The position numbers and the translations under genes were made by a program. A stretch of DNA of 64,000 bases from Candidatus Foliamicus sp. (lineage in GTDB: Bacteria; Pseudomonadota; Gammaproteobacteria; Steroidobacterales; Foliamicaceae), in assembly GCA_965221325.1 (NCBI GenBank), contig OZ244880.1. One strand, written 5' to 3'. Positions 1 through 9,888 of the stretch are shown one piece after another. The first letter of the stretch is position 1, and every line of letters starts with the position of its first letter. The notes below the pieces were generated by a model that worked only from the letters and a program-made list of their open reading frames with translations, searched no databases and was not told where the DNA came from.

Positions 1-1508
1 GGGTCGTCCGCTTCCAGGGAAGGCTTGACGCGTTCCATGCCGGCCCGCGCGCTGTCCTTCAGCGCCTCCGGTCCCTCCAGCAGCGGCGAAGCCGCGCGCT
101 CGTAGTTGGAGTACGCGCGCCGGTAACGCCCCAGGGCTTCGTAAACACGCCCGAGCTCGTGGCGAACCAGACTCTCCTTCTCGGGATCGCCGCTGAAGCC
201 GGCAGCCAGGAAATACTTCCAGGCCTGCTCGGCGTCACCCGCCTGCAGATAGCGGTCGCCAAGCATCAACTGCAGGTCCTGGCGCAGCGCGGGATTATCG
301 GAACGGGAAACGTGTTCCAGTGCCTCCTCGGCCAGCGCCACGATCAACTCCGAGCGCTCGTCGCGGTCTTCAGCGAGGAACAGCGGCTCCAGCGTCTCCT
401 TGAGCCAGTCCGACTTCATGCGGTCCAGCGTCGTCGCAAGGCGGTAATTCACCGCCTCCATCTGCTCTTCGACCGGCGCATTTTCCTCAAGCCCCAACGC
501 GAACATCAACTCCGCCGCCTCGGCGACGTTGCGGTCCTCCGGATTATTCTGGTGAAACGTCCGCAAGGCATCGCGGTCGCGGGTCGCCGCTGCCGAATAA
601 AACTCGAAATCCGCCTCGGAATAGTTGGTGTTAACCACCGGCTCCAGCGCCAGGTAGCCCTGCAGCGGGTTGATCTCCAGCCTGAAAGCCGTCCACAGAC
701 TCAATCCAGGAACCAGAAGCCAGTCGGACGACAACTCCGGATCCTGAGAGAAGTCGGCGGGAAACAGCGCCGCCATGCCGGAAAGCGGAACGCGCTGATC
801 GCCCGCGCCAAAGTAGATGTCCGGCACGTCGCCGAACGGGTAACCCAGGCCGCCAGCCAAGGCCGCATTGACATAGCTGTGATAACCCGCGGTATTGAAC
901 GCCATCAGGGAACGGTCCCGATCGCCGACACTCAATGGCGCCAGCACCCGGCCGTCCTTGGTGGTGCGCAAGCCGGTAATGATCGACTCTGCCCAAAGCT
1001 GCGCATCAGCGGCACTTGCCTCGGCCGCAGGCGTGAACGAGACCTGCCCCTCGGCCAGATTCATGCCCAGTGCGAACTGGCGCAATACGGGACCGCCGAG
1101 GATGGCGGATACGTCCACATCCTTCAACTCGACCGAATACTGCCCGCTCAAGTTTTTGAGGAACAGCGTGCATTCCGCGGAAGCCTCGACATCCTCTCTC
1201 GGCACCTCGATCCGCATCCCATCGGCCAGGATCTTGATGGTTTCTTCCCCCTCGCCGTATTCCACGTAGCCGAGAATGCAGTTGTAGATCCGCAACGGCT
1301 GCTCGTCGGTGTAGTCGAGCACCATGTGGGTTTCCTTGTGAAACTTCTCGGTGCTGAACACCACGCGCACGAGAACGTGATCCCCTATCACCTTGGCCTC
1401 GGCGGTGCCTCCGGGGGAGTATCCGACCTGAGCGGCAGCCGGCAGCGCAAGCATGCCCAAACTCACGAACAAGGCAGCAATGCCTAAACGCAATGTATTC
1501 GATTTCAT
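1..1508 (-). CDS. Exported protein of unknown function with a TPR-like helical C-terminal region (3' end runs off the window)
   Basis: Absent from the ORF track because it is edge-truncated. Hand translation from ATG 1508-1506 (SD GGGAGAG 6 nt upstream) gives MKSNTLRLGIAALFVSLGMLALPAAAQV..., a signal peptide. The frame stays open to base 1. The distal part contains helical repeats such as LGDRYLQAGDAEQAWKYFLAA and LGRVYEALGRYRRAYSNYERA. Confidence 0.6.
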   Translation of the reverse strand, partial: MKSNTLRLGIAALFVSLGMLALPAAAQVGYSPGGTAEAKVIGDHVLVRVVFSTEKFHKETHMVLDYTDEQPLRIYNCILGYVEYGEGEETIKILADGMRIEVPREDVEASAECTLFLKNLSGQYSVELKDVDVSAILGGPVLRQFALGMNLAEGQVSFTPAAEASAADAQLWAESIITGLRTTKDGRVLAPLSVGDRDRSLMAFNTAGYHSYVNAALAGGLGYPFGDVPDIYFGAGDQRVPLSGMAALFPADFSQDPELSSDWLLVPGLSLWTAFRLEINPLQGYLALEPVVNTNYSEADFEFYSAAATRDRDALRTFHQNNPEDRNVAEAAELMFALGLEENAPVEEQMEAVNYRLATTLDRMKSDWLKETLEPLFLAEDRDERSELIVALAEEALEHVSRSDNPALRQDLQLMLGDRYLQAGDAEQAWKYFLAAGFSGDPEKESLVRHELGRVYEALGRYRRAYSNYERAASPLLEGPEALKDSARAGMERVKPSLEADD

Positions 1509-1706
1509 CTGTTTCTCTCCCGACTGAAGATTAGATTCTCCCATGCCTCCATGGGTAGATGCGCCAATGGCGTGATTCGTTGCAGTACCAATAAAACACT
1601 AACACGAATTTCAATCACATTGGGCGAAAAAAATTGCAGTTCCGGTTATCTCTTGGTCCCCTGCACCGGCGCACCTTCGTCCTGCTGGCCGCCGGCGCCG
1701 CCGGTA

Positions 1707-4700
1707 CTACAGCTCCCAGTTGAACTCTACGAACAGCACCTGACCGCGCGCGTCCCAGCGCGACGAGTCGTAGGGCCTGCCCGATAAGAGCGTATCCGGA
1801 GGCTCGGCATCCAGAATATTGCGCCCGCCGGCGCGCAACTGAATGCCATTGTCCATGGTGTAACTCAAGGTAAGATCGACGGATATATAGGAATCCACCA
1901 TCAGGTGCGGTTTGTCCTGCCCCCAGGCCTCGCACCTGCCTACGATCTCCAAGCAAGACCCGGTGTTGTTGTTCAGGTAGCTCGGAGTGTAGTAAACGAA
2001 AAGGTCGCCGGCCCAGCGCTCTCGGTACCAGGTCAATTGACCGGACAGCCGGTATTTGTCGCTACCCAGAACGGTGCCCTCCCGGCGTATGGGTTCGCTG
2101 TCTTCCGTAATCTGGAAGGTTTCGTCCAGCACCCGCGTGTACATGAGCCGGGGCGTGAAATCGCCCCAGGACGTATTGAAGTTGAAAGCAAACTCGGTAG
2201 TGATGATCTCGCTGGTCTTGCTCGCTATGTTGATCGGTCTGGATCTGCGGAACAAGGTTGCATTTCCTTCGGCGTCCCGTTCGACAACATCAGGCAGCGC
2301 GAATATTACTTCCGGGTAATCGCGGAACAGGCCGCCCACGTTCTCGATCTTGTCGAAAAATTCGATCTTCGACCAGTCCAGCGTCCAGCGAAAACCGGGC
2401 AGCCCCGCAGGCGTCCAGTCGAAGCTGAATGAGGTGTTCTCTGAGTGTTCCGACTTCGTGTCGGTTGCATTCCTTGCCAACGTGGAGGGAATGATTATGG
2501 GTTCGGTGCTGCCTGACGGCTCGAAAGGATCAACATAAGACCAAAAGGTGTAGAACGTGGGATTCGTGAGGCTGAACAAGTCTCCCCACACCGGAGGACG
2601 GAACGACTCTGACCAGGAGCCGCGAATCACGAATTCCTCCGTCGGACCGTACTGGATGCCAAACCGTGGACTGGTGGCGGATTGCTTGACGTCAATGATG
2701 TTGGGCTCGCCCGGATAGGTCCAGCGCGCGTTCACGTAGTCATAGACCGGATCGACGCCGCCGTCGGCGCCTTCCGTCTTGTAAGTATCGCGCCTGGCCT
2801 GCAGGCTCAACACGAGCGAATCAAGGCCGGGGCGGGCATTCCGCTCGCCGACCAAGGGCACCGCGAATTCGGCGAAATATGCGCTTGCCTTGCGGGTGGG
2901 CCGGGCCACGCCGATGCGCTCGAAGCGACCCTCTCTGTATTCGCCCTCGCCCGCGATCAGCGTGACCTCGCGGTAAATCGTTTCTTCGCGAAACTCGGCG
3001 CCCAGCGCGTAACTGATCGGACCGCCCCACAACTCCAGAAACTGGCCGCGCAGCAGCGGTTCCATGGCCTGAGTCTTGGTAACGCTATCGGACGGAAGGG
3101 GGTAGGCGTCGGTATTGTATAGGCTCCCCAGTTCGGGGCTTTGCACGGAGCCGTCGCCGAACAGGTTGATCGCCACGCTGGGGTCGGAACTGGCCAGCAA
3201 TTCCACCATCCGGTCGTACAACGGGTTCATCGGGTCCACCAGCCCGGGACCGTTCAGCTTGAATTGGTGCTGGTAACGGACAGACTTGGATCGGGTTGCG
3301 TTGAACTCGAAGCTCGTTGTGTCGGCAATGTTCCAAATCAATCCGGCGGAAAGGGAACGCTGGCGATTGCCTGACGTGGAATATTCCTCGCGCAGCGAAC
3401 CGGATTCGATCTCCGCGATCGGATAGTAGGTCACCAGCACGTCTTTGCCAAAGGGATTGAAGGCATTGCTGGCTGGCACCGGCCAATTGAACATCCGGGT
3501 ATTCTGATTGCGCGTCGAGACGTTGTTCGAATACAGAAAATCCGCATACAGACGCAGATCTTCGGTCACGTACTGCTCCAGGTAGAAAGTTCCCGAATCG
3601 TTGCGCGTGTGTTCCCCGTTTTGTGGCTCAACCACGTCGGCGGGAACGATATTGGTGGTGAAGTCATCGACCGTGGCGCCCACTCCGCTGTGACCTTGCG
3701 GAAGCTGGTAGGTGGTGTACGGAAAGCCGCAAAATGTGCCCGAAGGATAGGTGATCGTACTGGGGCATACCACACCCGGCTGACCAACACGGTCATCGCG
3801 AGAGTCGAACTCGACGCCGTAGCGGTCGCGATAGTCGTAGCTGGTCCAACCGGTTTTTTCGTTAGTTATGGGCTGTGAAGAATCGCGCGACAGCACGGCG
3901 GTTAGCTGGCCGCTGCCCCAACCGTAACCACCCTGGAAGGCAACCTTGCTCGCGTCGGCGTCCGTGGAGCTGTATTCGTCTCGAATCTGCACGGAGGCGC
4001 CGGTGTAGTTTTTCTTGGTGATGAAGTTCACCACTCCGCCGATCGCGTCGGCGCCATAGACGGCCGAGGAGCCGTCTAATTGGATATCCACGCGCTCTAT
4101 GGCCGAAAGCGGCACATTGACGAGATTGGCGTAGTTGTCCTCGACGCCGGCCACTCCCGCCGTTCGCCGGCCATTCAGAAGCACCAGCGTATTCGCCGAT
4201 CCAAGGGCGCGCAGGTTGACCGTCGAGATTCCAACATTGATCCCGCCTGTCCTGAATTCTTCCGTGTCGCTGGCGCCTACGGGGTTGTCATTGTTTTGCG
4301 TGGTCGTGCCCGCGTAGGCGAATGGCAGCGTCCGGAAAAGTTCTTCCACCGTGGTGACGCCGCGCGCCCTGATGTCCTCGGCGGTGAAGCTGAAAACCCG
4401 GACGGTCGGGTCACCCATCATAAGCCGCGAACCCGTAACCGTTTGCTGGGCGATTTCGAGCGGATCCTCGTTCTCCACTTGCGGGGAGGAGGAGGAATCC
4501 GCCGCCTCTGCATCTTGCGCTTCATCGGCCTGACTTTCCTGCCGAACCAAAACTACAGACTCCGAGGCGTATTCGTATTCCAGACCTGTGTCGGTCAAGA
4601 GTGCTGCCAGGGCATCCTCGAACTGATAGTCGCCCTTCAACCCATCTACCTTGATCTCGGCGCCGGCTTGATCGGACACCAGGATCTGCACGCCTGACGA

Positions 4701-4862
4701 TCCGGCCAGCTCCATCAGCGCCTGTCCCGCCGGCTGCGGTTCAATGTTCAGCGTGAACACCTCGGCATCCTGCGCCTGAGCGCCCGCCGCAGCCCATGCC
4801 AGCGATACAGCCGCCAGAGCCTGCACACCCCGGCTCCTCAGGATTTCCAGGTCAATCCTCAT
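1707..4862 (-). CDS. TonB-dependent receptor with N-terminal STN signalling domain (FecA-type transducer)
   Basis: Start trimmed to MRIDLEILR... (SD GGAAAG), 22 nt after the fecR-like stop. Signal peptide ends AAGAQAQ. STN-like segment LNIEPQPAGQALMELAGSSGVQILV. Plug motifs VTGSRLMMGDP and VYGADAIGGVVNFITKK, followed by a long beta-barrel region. Confidence 0.9.
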   Translation of the reverse strand: MRIDLEILRSRGVQALAAVSLAWAAAGAQAQDAEVFTLNIEPQPAGQALMELAGSSGVQILVSDQAGAEIKVDGLKGDYQFEDALAALLTDTGLEYEYASESVVLVRQESQADEAQDAEAADSSSSPQVENEDPLEIAQQTVTGSRLMMGDPTVRVFSFTAEDIRARGVTTVEELFRTLPFAYAGTTTQNNDNPVGASDTEEFRTGGINVGISTVNLRALGSANTLVLLNGRRTAGVAGVEDNYANLVNVPLSAIERVDIQLDGSSAVYGADAIGGVVNFITKKNYTGASVQIRDEYSSTDADASKVAFQGGYGWGSGQLTAVLSRDSSQPITNEKTGWTSYDYRDRYGVEFDSRDDRVGQPGVVCPSTITYPSGTFCGFPYTTYQLPQGHSGVGATVDDFTTNIVPADVVEPQNGEHTRNDSGTFYLEQYVTEDLRLYADFLYSNNVSTRNQNTRMFNWPVPASNAFNPFGKDVLVTYYPIAEIESGSLREEYSTSGNRQRSLSAGLIWNIADTTSFEFNATRSKSVRYQHQFKLNGPGLVDPMNPLYDRMVELLASSDPSVAINLFGDGSVQSPELGSLYNTDAYPLPSDSVTKTQAMEPLLRGQFLELWGGPISYALGAEFREETIYREVTLIAGEGEYREGRFERIGVARPTRKASAYFAEFAVPLVGERNARPGLDSLVLSLQARRDTYKTEGADGGVDPVYDYVNARWTYPGEPNIIDVKQSATSPRFGIQYGPTEEFVIRGSWSESFRPPVWGDLFSLTNPTFYTFWSYVDPFEPSGSTEPIIIPSTLARNATDTKSEHSENTSFSFDWTPAGLPGFRWTLDWSKIEFFDKIENVGGLFRDYPEVIFALPDVVERDAEGNATLFRRSRPINIASKTSEIITTEFAFNFNTSWGDFTPRLMYTRVLDETFQITEDSEPIRREGTVLGSDKYRLSGQLTWYRERWAGDLFVYYTPSYLNNNTGSCLEIVGRCEAWGQDKPHLMVDSYISVDLTLSYTMDNGIQLRAGGRNILDAEPPDTLLSGRPYDSSRWDARGQVLFVEFNWEL

Positions 4863-4884
4863 CTTTCCAACCTCTTCAGTTCCA

Positions 4885-5964
4885 TTAAAACTGGGCCCCA
4901 CCTCTTTCGGAGGTACCAGGCCGCTCCGCACCGGAAATAACGATCCGGTCATAGTGCCGAGTCACCTTGATCGGCAACAATTTCTCGAAGGCAAGAAGCG
5001 CGGATTCCAGTTCCGTAACGCTTACTGCCGCATAAACGTGCAAATCCATCACTCCCGCATCCTCAATGAGGATCTTCCTGCGGGTGTAGCGATTCAACTC
5101 CTTGACGACGTCAACAAGGGGCTCCCGGTAGAACTTGAGCAATCCGCTGCGCCAACCCGCATATCCTTCCATGGACTGCGGCTTGAACACCGTCACTTCG
5201 TTGCTGCTCAAGTCGAGTTCCGCCACCCAGCCTGTCTCGACCCGGCGTTGCGCAACCGCCGATAGCGTCGGGGCCTGGCCGGCGATGGCGAACGGAGGCC
5301 CCACAGCCGCAGACTCGGCGGTGGCGTCATGGAAAACCACGACCCCTTCCAGCACCGCGACGCTATATTGCCCAGGCTGCTTGCGAACGTTAAAGGCCGT
5401 GCCCAGCGCGGTTACCGAGCGCACTCCTAGCTCGACCTTGAATGGGCGCTCTGGATCATCGGCCACCTCGAAGAAGGCTTCGCCGCGCTCCAGCAACACC
5501 CGGCGTTGCTCCGCGCTGTAGTCCACCAGGAGCTGTCCGGCGGTGTTGAGGGTCACCACGCTGCCGTCTGCCAGCTCAATCGCCTTTTGTTCACCCACGC
5601 GGGTGAAGTGCTTCTCCAACTGGGGCGCGTCCGCCGCATTCCAGTCCGCGAAGTAGAGCAATCCAGAGGCAACCGCCAACGCCACGCCGGCGGCCAAGCC
5701 CAGAGACACCCGGCGCTTGGACCGGCGCAGGGTGTGCACCCCCGCGGGCTCATCCGCGATCGCAGCAATTGCCGAATCGCCGGCCAGGCCTTCCATCCGG
5801 GCATGCACTGCAAGGGCGCCGAGAAGTTCTTCGCGATACGCGGGATCGATCTTCGCGCGCGAACGCATCGCCGCGGCTTCCGCTTCCGACAATCGACCCG
5901 ACCAAAGGCGCAGCAGCGAGTATTCCACCCCGCCACGCATGACCTCCCGAAGATTGTTCAGCAC
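4885..5964 (-). CDS. FecR-family transmembrane anti-sigma factor / sensor
   Basis: Cytoplasmic N-terminus (LLRLWSGRLSEAEAAAM..IDPAYREEL), a single TM (VSLGLAAGVALAVASGLLYF) and a periplasmic FecR-like domain. Overlaps the sigma-gene stop and sits directly upstream of the STN receptor. Confidence 0.85.
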   Translation of the reverse strand: MLNNLREVMRGGVEYSLLRLWSGRLSEAEAAAMRSRAKIDPAYREELLGALAVHARMEGLAGDSAIAAIADEPAGVHTLRRSKRRVSLGLAAGVALAVASGLLYFADWNAADAPQLEKHFTRVGEQKAIELADGSVVTLNTAGQLLVDYSAEQRRVLLERGEAFFEVADDPERPFKVELGVRSVTALGTAFNVRKQPGQYSVAVLEGVVVFHDATAESAAVGPPFAIAGQAPTLSAVAQRRVETGWVAELDLSSNEVTVFKPQSMEGYAGWRSGLLKFYREPLVDVVKELNRYTRRKILIEDAGVMDLHVYAAVSVTELESALLAFEKLLPIKVTRHYDRIVISGAERPGTSERGGAQF

Positions 5965-6485
5965 TTCTCTTGCCCCGCCGTTTCAATCGCTGCACGCGCC
6001 TTGCGTATGCGTTTCATCGCCTGAGAAATGAAGTACTCCACCTGCTTTACCGTCACTCCCATATGCAAGGCTATGTCGCCGTAGCTCATATTGCGGAACC
6101 GGTGCAGAACGAATGCGCGTCTCCACTTGGGACGCATATCCATGATGACGGACCATATCGCCTCCAGCTCCAACTGCGCCACAACAATCTGCTCCGGAGT
6201 GCGTTCGTCCACGCGGCCGCCGTCATGATCGTGCTCAACTTCGGAGTGCGCCTTGCGCAACATGGACTTGCGCAGCCGATCAACGACCAGGTTGTTGGCC
6301 ATGGTCAGAAGGTATGCCCGGTTGCTGCCTGTAGACTCGGACATCTTGTCTTCCAACCTATCCAGGCCCATCAGCCGCATGAACAACTGCTGTACGACAT
6401 CGTCGATCTCCTGGTCCGGTACCAGCCGTCCTTTCAGAAACAGGCGCACCGCTTGCGCGTGGCGATCAAACAAGCGTTGGACCAA
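5958..6485 (-). CDS. ECF (FecI-type) RNA polymerase sigma factor
   Basis: Region 2 (DDVVQQLFMRLMGL) and region 4 HTH (MSYGDIALHMGVTVKQVEYFISQAMKRI). The track start is a TTG with no SD. The frame is open further upstream, and a strong SD precedes an in-frame ATC at 6563 (see findings). Confidence 0.85.
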   Translation of the reverse strand: MVQRLFDRHAQAVRLFLKGRLVPDQEIDDVVQQLFMRLMGLDRLEDKMSESTGSNRAYLLTMANNLVVDRLRKSMLRKAHSEVEHDHDGGRVDERTPEQIVVAQLELEAIWSVIMDMRPKWRRAFVLHRFRNMSYGDIALHMGVTVKQVEYFISQAMKRIRKARAAIETAGQEKC

Positions 6486-6707
6486 TTGACTGCGGCTTGC
6501 GCTTTCGCGCGAAGCAAGGTCGACTACGTTGTCTTGCCGGGGTTTGAGCGCAGTGTTGTTGATGACAGACCTCCTCCCCTTTATAAACGAGCCAAGTTGA
6601 ATTTTCCCTGAATTTCTCGACGCCCTGCAATTTCGCTGGCAGGCGCCGTTCCCGTCAGGGTAAGATCACGGCCATCGACCAATCAGTCTGGGGTTTGGGA
6701 GGGAATT

Positions 6708-9700
6708 ATGAAGAGCAGGCTCTTGGATTTCGCCAGGATGCGGATGGCAGCATTTTTGGCAATGGCTGCAGCCTTGGCTGCGCCGACTGTCCTGCATGCT
6801 CAGGATGCGAATGACGACGACGATGTCGAGCTGGGCGGGGTTGTTGTAACGGGCACCCGCCTGAAAGGCGTTGATCCGGCGTCGCCACGTATCACGATTA
6901 CGCGCGAGCAGATCGAACGCGGCGGCTATGCGAGCATTGAAGATGTGCTGCGCAACCTGCCGCAGAACCTGGGATCGGGGAACGCTGCAGCGACCCAGCT
7001 CTTCCAAGGCGAGTACGGCAGCACTCGCGTGCCATACGGCGCGACGCTGGGCGCCAGCGGCGTCAACCTTCGGGGGCTTGGCACCCGCTCGACGCTGGTG
7101 CTGATTAATGGCCGTCGCAAGGCTCGCTCATCGCTGGACGTTCAGGATCTGCTGACCGACACCTCGTCGATCCCTCTGGCGCAGGTCGAGCGCATCGAGA
7201 TTGTCACCGACGGCGCCTCGGCGATCTATGGCGCCGATGCCGTGGCAGGCGTGGTGAACGTCATTCTGCGTGACGATTACGACGGTCTGAACCTGGGTTT
7301 GCGCACCGAGACCGCAAGCAACGATTCCCGCCGTGACCGAATTGACCTGGGCCACACCGTTAGTTGGGACAGCGGTTACTTCACAAGCTCGGTCAACCTT
7401 GAGCAGACCGAGCCGAGTAATCCGAACAAGCTGATCCGCGTGGGCGCGGATGGTGTGGGCGATTTCACCGATGTCGGGGGTATCAACCGGCGCGTTTACG
7501 GCATAGGCCCGGCAGGTCAGGGGTCGGTGCTATCGGTGGTCTCGATAGTACGCCCGTGGGGGGCCGTGTCCCGGTATGCGGGCGAAGTGATTGACGGCCC
7601 GAACCCTTTCCTGCCCCGAGATCCCGCAACGGGCGACATCCTCGGTCCACGGGACCCGGGTGTGCCGTCGGTTTTCTACGAAGAGGACCTGGGCCCGGAA
7701 GTGCAGCGCTACTCGTTCCGCTTCAATGGTGAGCAGCGCTTCGGCGAGTCGCAAAAGCTGAGCCTTGAGTTCAACTACGACAACCAGCAGGACGACAACC
7801 ACCTCGGATTCAATACCGTAGCCTTCAACGGCACCAACCCCCGCGGCTGGCAAGGTAGCCTGCTGGTACCAAGGGCCGGCGGAGGCTCTCAACGACTCAA
7901 CGGTGCGCCAAATTACCTGTTCCTGACGGCCACCAACCCGAACAATCCGTACGACCAGGAGGTGCTGGTCGGGTACGACATGCTGGCCGAGTCGGAACTG
8001 ATCGCGGCGGAGGCGCTCCCGATCGCAAGCGAACTGGAAAACACCTTAGTGAGCCTGGGCCTGGACGGCGACCTGCCGTTCGACGGCTGGACCTACGACG
8101 TGAGCGGCAGCCTGAGCCGCGAAGAATCTGTTTCTCGAAACTACTTGGGTGACCCTTTCGACAACGCATCAATAAACATGATCGCCGAGCAATTCGATCC
8201 GTTCTCGGGCGATGCGGCGGCGGTAGCAAACAACGCTGCGCTATTGACTGCGCCACTGGACATCACTGACAGTGACGCCGTCAACAAGACTTACCAGTAC
8301 ACAGCGTTTGCGTCGGGGCCAGTGTTCCGCATGCCGGCTGGCGAAGTACAACTGGGCCTGGGGTTGGAGGTACGCGAGAGCGAGGCCGAGAGCGTGTACG
8401 TATCTACCAATTTTGACGGCAGCCCCGTGCTGAACGCGTTCACCGGCGAGCCTCGCGAGCCGTTCACAATCGGACCCAACACGGAATCGGTGGAAGCGGC
8501 GTTTGCGGAAGTTGCGGTCCCGTTGCTGAAGGATCGCCCGGGCTTTCGCGAGTTGACGCTCACGGCTGCCGCTCGTTACGAGGACTACGATCGATCTGGA
8601 TTCATCAATGCCTCGAACTTTGACGGCATCAGTTCAATCGACGGCATCAATCTGGCCGACTTGGTCGGAGGCGTCGCGGCTGACGCGCAAGGCTTCATAA
8701 GCGGCGTGCAACAAAGCGTTACCTACGACAACACCTCGCCCTCGTTCGGTCTGATCTGGCGGCTCACGAACAATCTTGCGCTCAAGGCCACCAACGGCGA
8801 GTCGTTCCTGACGCCGCTCAGTTCGCAGTTGTACGGCACCGTCACAATACTTGAGGCTACCGGCAATCCGTTTGTCAATCCGTTCTTCCTCAACCCCGTG
8901 CCGCCTTACACGTGGTTAATCGCCCTGTATGGCTCGAATCCATCATTGCAGCCGCAGACGGCAACCACCACGACTATTACGCTGGAGTACTCGCCCGCAT
9001 GGATGCAGGGGCTGGACATCACGGTGACCTGGTCGGATCAGGCTTACGACAACTTCATTTCCACGCCGTCTGCGATCCCTGAAGAAGATCTCGTGGCGAA
9101 CTTCGAGCGGCTACCCGAGATCTTCATTCTCGGCGACACCAACACGATCATCTACGATCGCCGTGAGTTGAACCTGTCTAGCAACGTATCCAAGACCATC
9201 GACTTCCTCGTGGACTACCGCTTCGCCACGAGCTATGGCGACTGGGGCATCCACCTGAACGCGGTGCGCACCCTGGAAACCGCGCGGCAATTGGTGCCGT
9301 TCATCCCCGAAGTCGATATTTCCGACACCGAGCGCGGGCCCAGCCGCTGGACGTCTAATCTCCGGCTTACCTGGAACTACGGCGCATGGAACGTAACGAC
9401 GGAAACGTTCTACTCAAGCTCGACTATGTTGCTGGAGCCAACCAGCGCGTCCGTTATCCTGCCAGGCGAGCGTTTTCGCAGATTTGACGATCTGCCGGTC
9501 AACGAAAGTCCGCAAACGCAAGCCGCTTCGTACACCCGCACGGACGTGCAATTGGGCTGGACGGCATCGGCCGACTCCGGCTGGCTTCAGGGCCTGCGGG
9601 TGGCTATTGGGGCGCAGAACGTGTTCGAGCCAGACCCGCCGTTCGTCGATAATCGCAGCGGTTTTGCAGCCAATCGCGTGTTCGCCTCCGGGCGTGTCCT

Positions 9701-9734
9701 GTACCTCAACCTCCACAAGGATTTCGATCTGTAA
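6708..9734 (+). CDS. TonB-dependent outer-membrane receptor (no STN domain)
   Basis: SD GGGAGGG precedes the ATG. Signal peptide ends VLHAQD. TonB box/plug motifs VVVTGTRLKG and IYGADAVAGVVNVILRDDY, then a ~1000-aa barrel. Divergent from the ECF sigma gene. Confidence 0.9.
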   Translation: MKSRLLDFARMRMAAFLAMAAALAAPTVLHAQDANDDDDVELGGVVVTGTRLKGVDPASPRITITREQIERGGYASIEDVLRNLPQNLGSGNAAATQLFQGEYGSTRVPYGATLGASGVNLRGLGTRSTLVLINGRRKARSSLDVQDLLTDTSSIPLAQVERIEIVTDGASAIYGADAVAGVVNVILRDDYDGLNLGLRTETASNDSRRDRIDLGHTVSWDSGYFTSSVNLEQTEPSNPNKLIRVGADGVGDFTDVGGINRRVYGIGPAGQGSVLSVVSIVRPWGAVSRYAGEVIDGPNPFLPRDPATGDILGPRDPGVPSVFYEEDLGPEVQRYSFRFNGEQRFGESQKLSLEFNYDNQQDDNHLGFNTVAFNGTNPRGWQGSLLVPRAGGGSQRLNGAPNYLFLTATNPNNPYDQEVLVGYDMLAESELIAAEALPIASELENTLVSLGLDGDLPFDGWTYDVSGSLSREESVSRNYLGDPFDNASINMIAEQFDPFSGDAAAVANNAALLTAPLDITDSDAVNKTYQYTAFASGPVFRMPAGEVQLGLGLEVRESEAESVYVSTNFDGSPVLNAFTGEPREPFTIGPNTESVEAAFAEVAVPLLKDRPGFRELTLTAAARYEDYDRSGFINASNFDGISSIDGINLADLVGGVAADAQGFISGVQQSVTYDNTSPSFGLIWRLTNNLALKATNGESFLTPLSSQLYGTVTILEATGNPFVNPFFLNPVPPYTWLIALYGSNPSLQPQTATTTTITLEYSPAWMQGLDITVTWSDQAYDNFISTPSAIPEEDLVANFERLPEIFILGDTNTIIYDRRELNLSSNVSKTIDFLVDYRFATSYGDWGIHLNAVRTLETARQLVPFIPEVDISDTERGPSRWTSNLRLTWNYGAWNVTTETFYSSSTMLLEPTSASVILPGERFRRFDDLPVNESPQTQAASYTRTDVQLGWTASADSGWLQGLRVAIGAQNVFEPDPPFVDNRSGFAANRVFASGRVLYLNLHKDFDL

Positions 9735-9888
9735 GACAAGCTTCCCGCCAACGTTCCTGTCGCAAGCTTGAGGGGTCTCGGCTTAACGGGCGCGCGTCCC
9801 GGACCGCTCGCGGCAACGCAGCCTCGGCAGGCTGCGATGACCACTATGCGCGGGACTTCGAAGACTACAATGCGGCCATGGAGAGCGA

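Noticed and set aside
159-1487. 442-aa plus-strand ORF covering the first 1.5 kb
   Set aside because: It is antisense to a better-supported minus-strand gene that has an SD, an ATG and a signal peptide. Its translation is Arg/Leu/Gln/Gly-rich with no motifs, which is typical of antisense frames in GC-rich DNA.
6486-6707. Fur box or riboswitch (cobalamin/TPP) upstream of the TonB-dependent receptor gene
   Set aside because: There is no GATAATGATAATCATTATC-like 19-mer. I also see no B12-box or TPP core sequences by eye. Only short stems are present.
9735-9888. Possible small RNA or terminator after the second receptor (CAAGCTT...AAGCTTG inverted repeat, 20-nt loop)
   Set aside because: The stem is only 7 bp with a large loop and no U-tract. 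This is insufficient to call a terminator or an sRNA.
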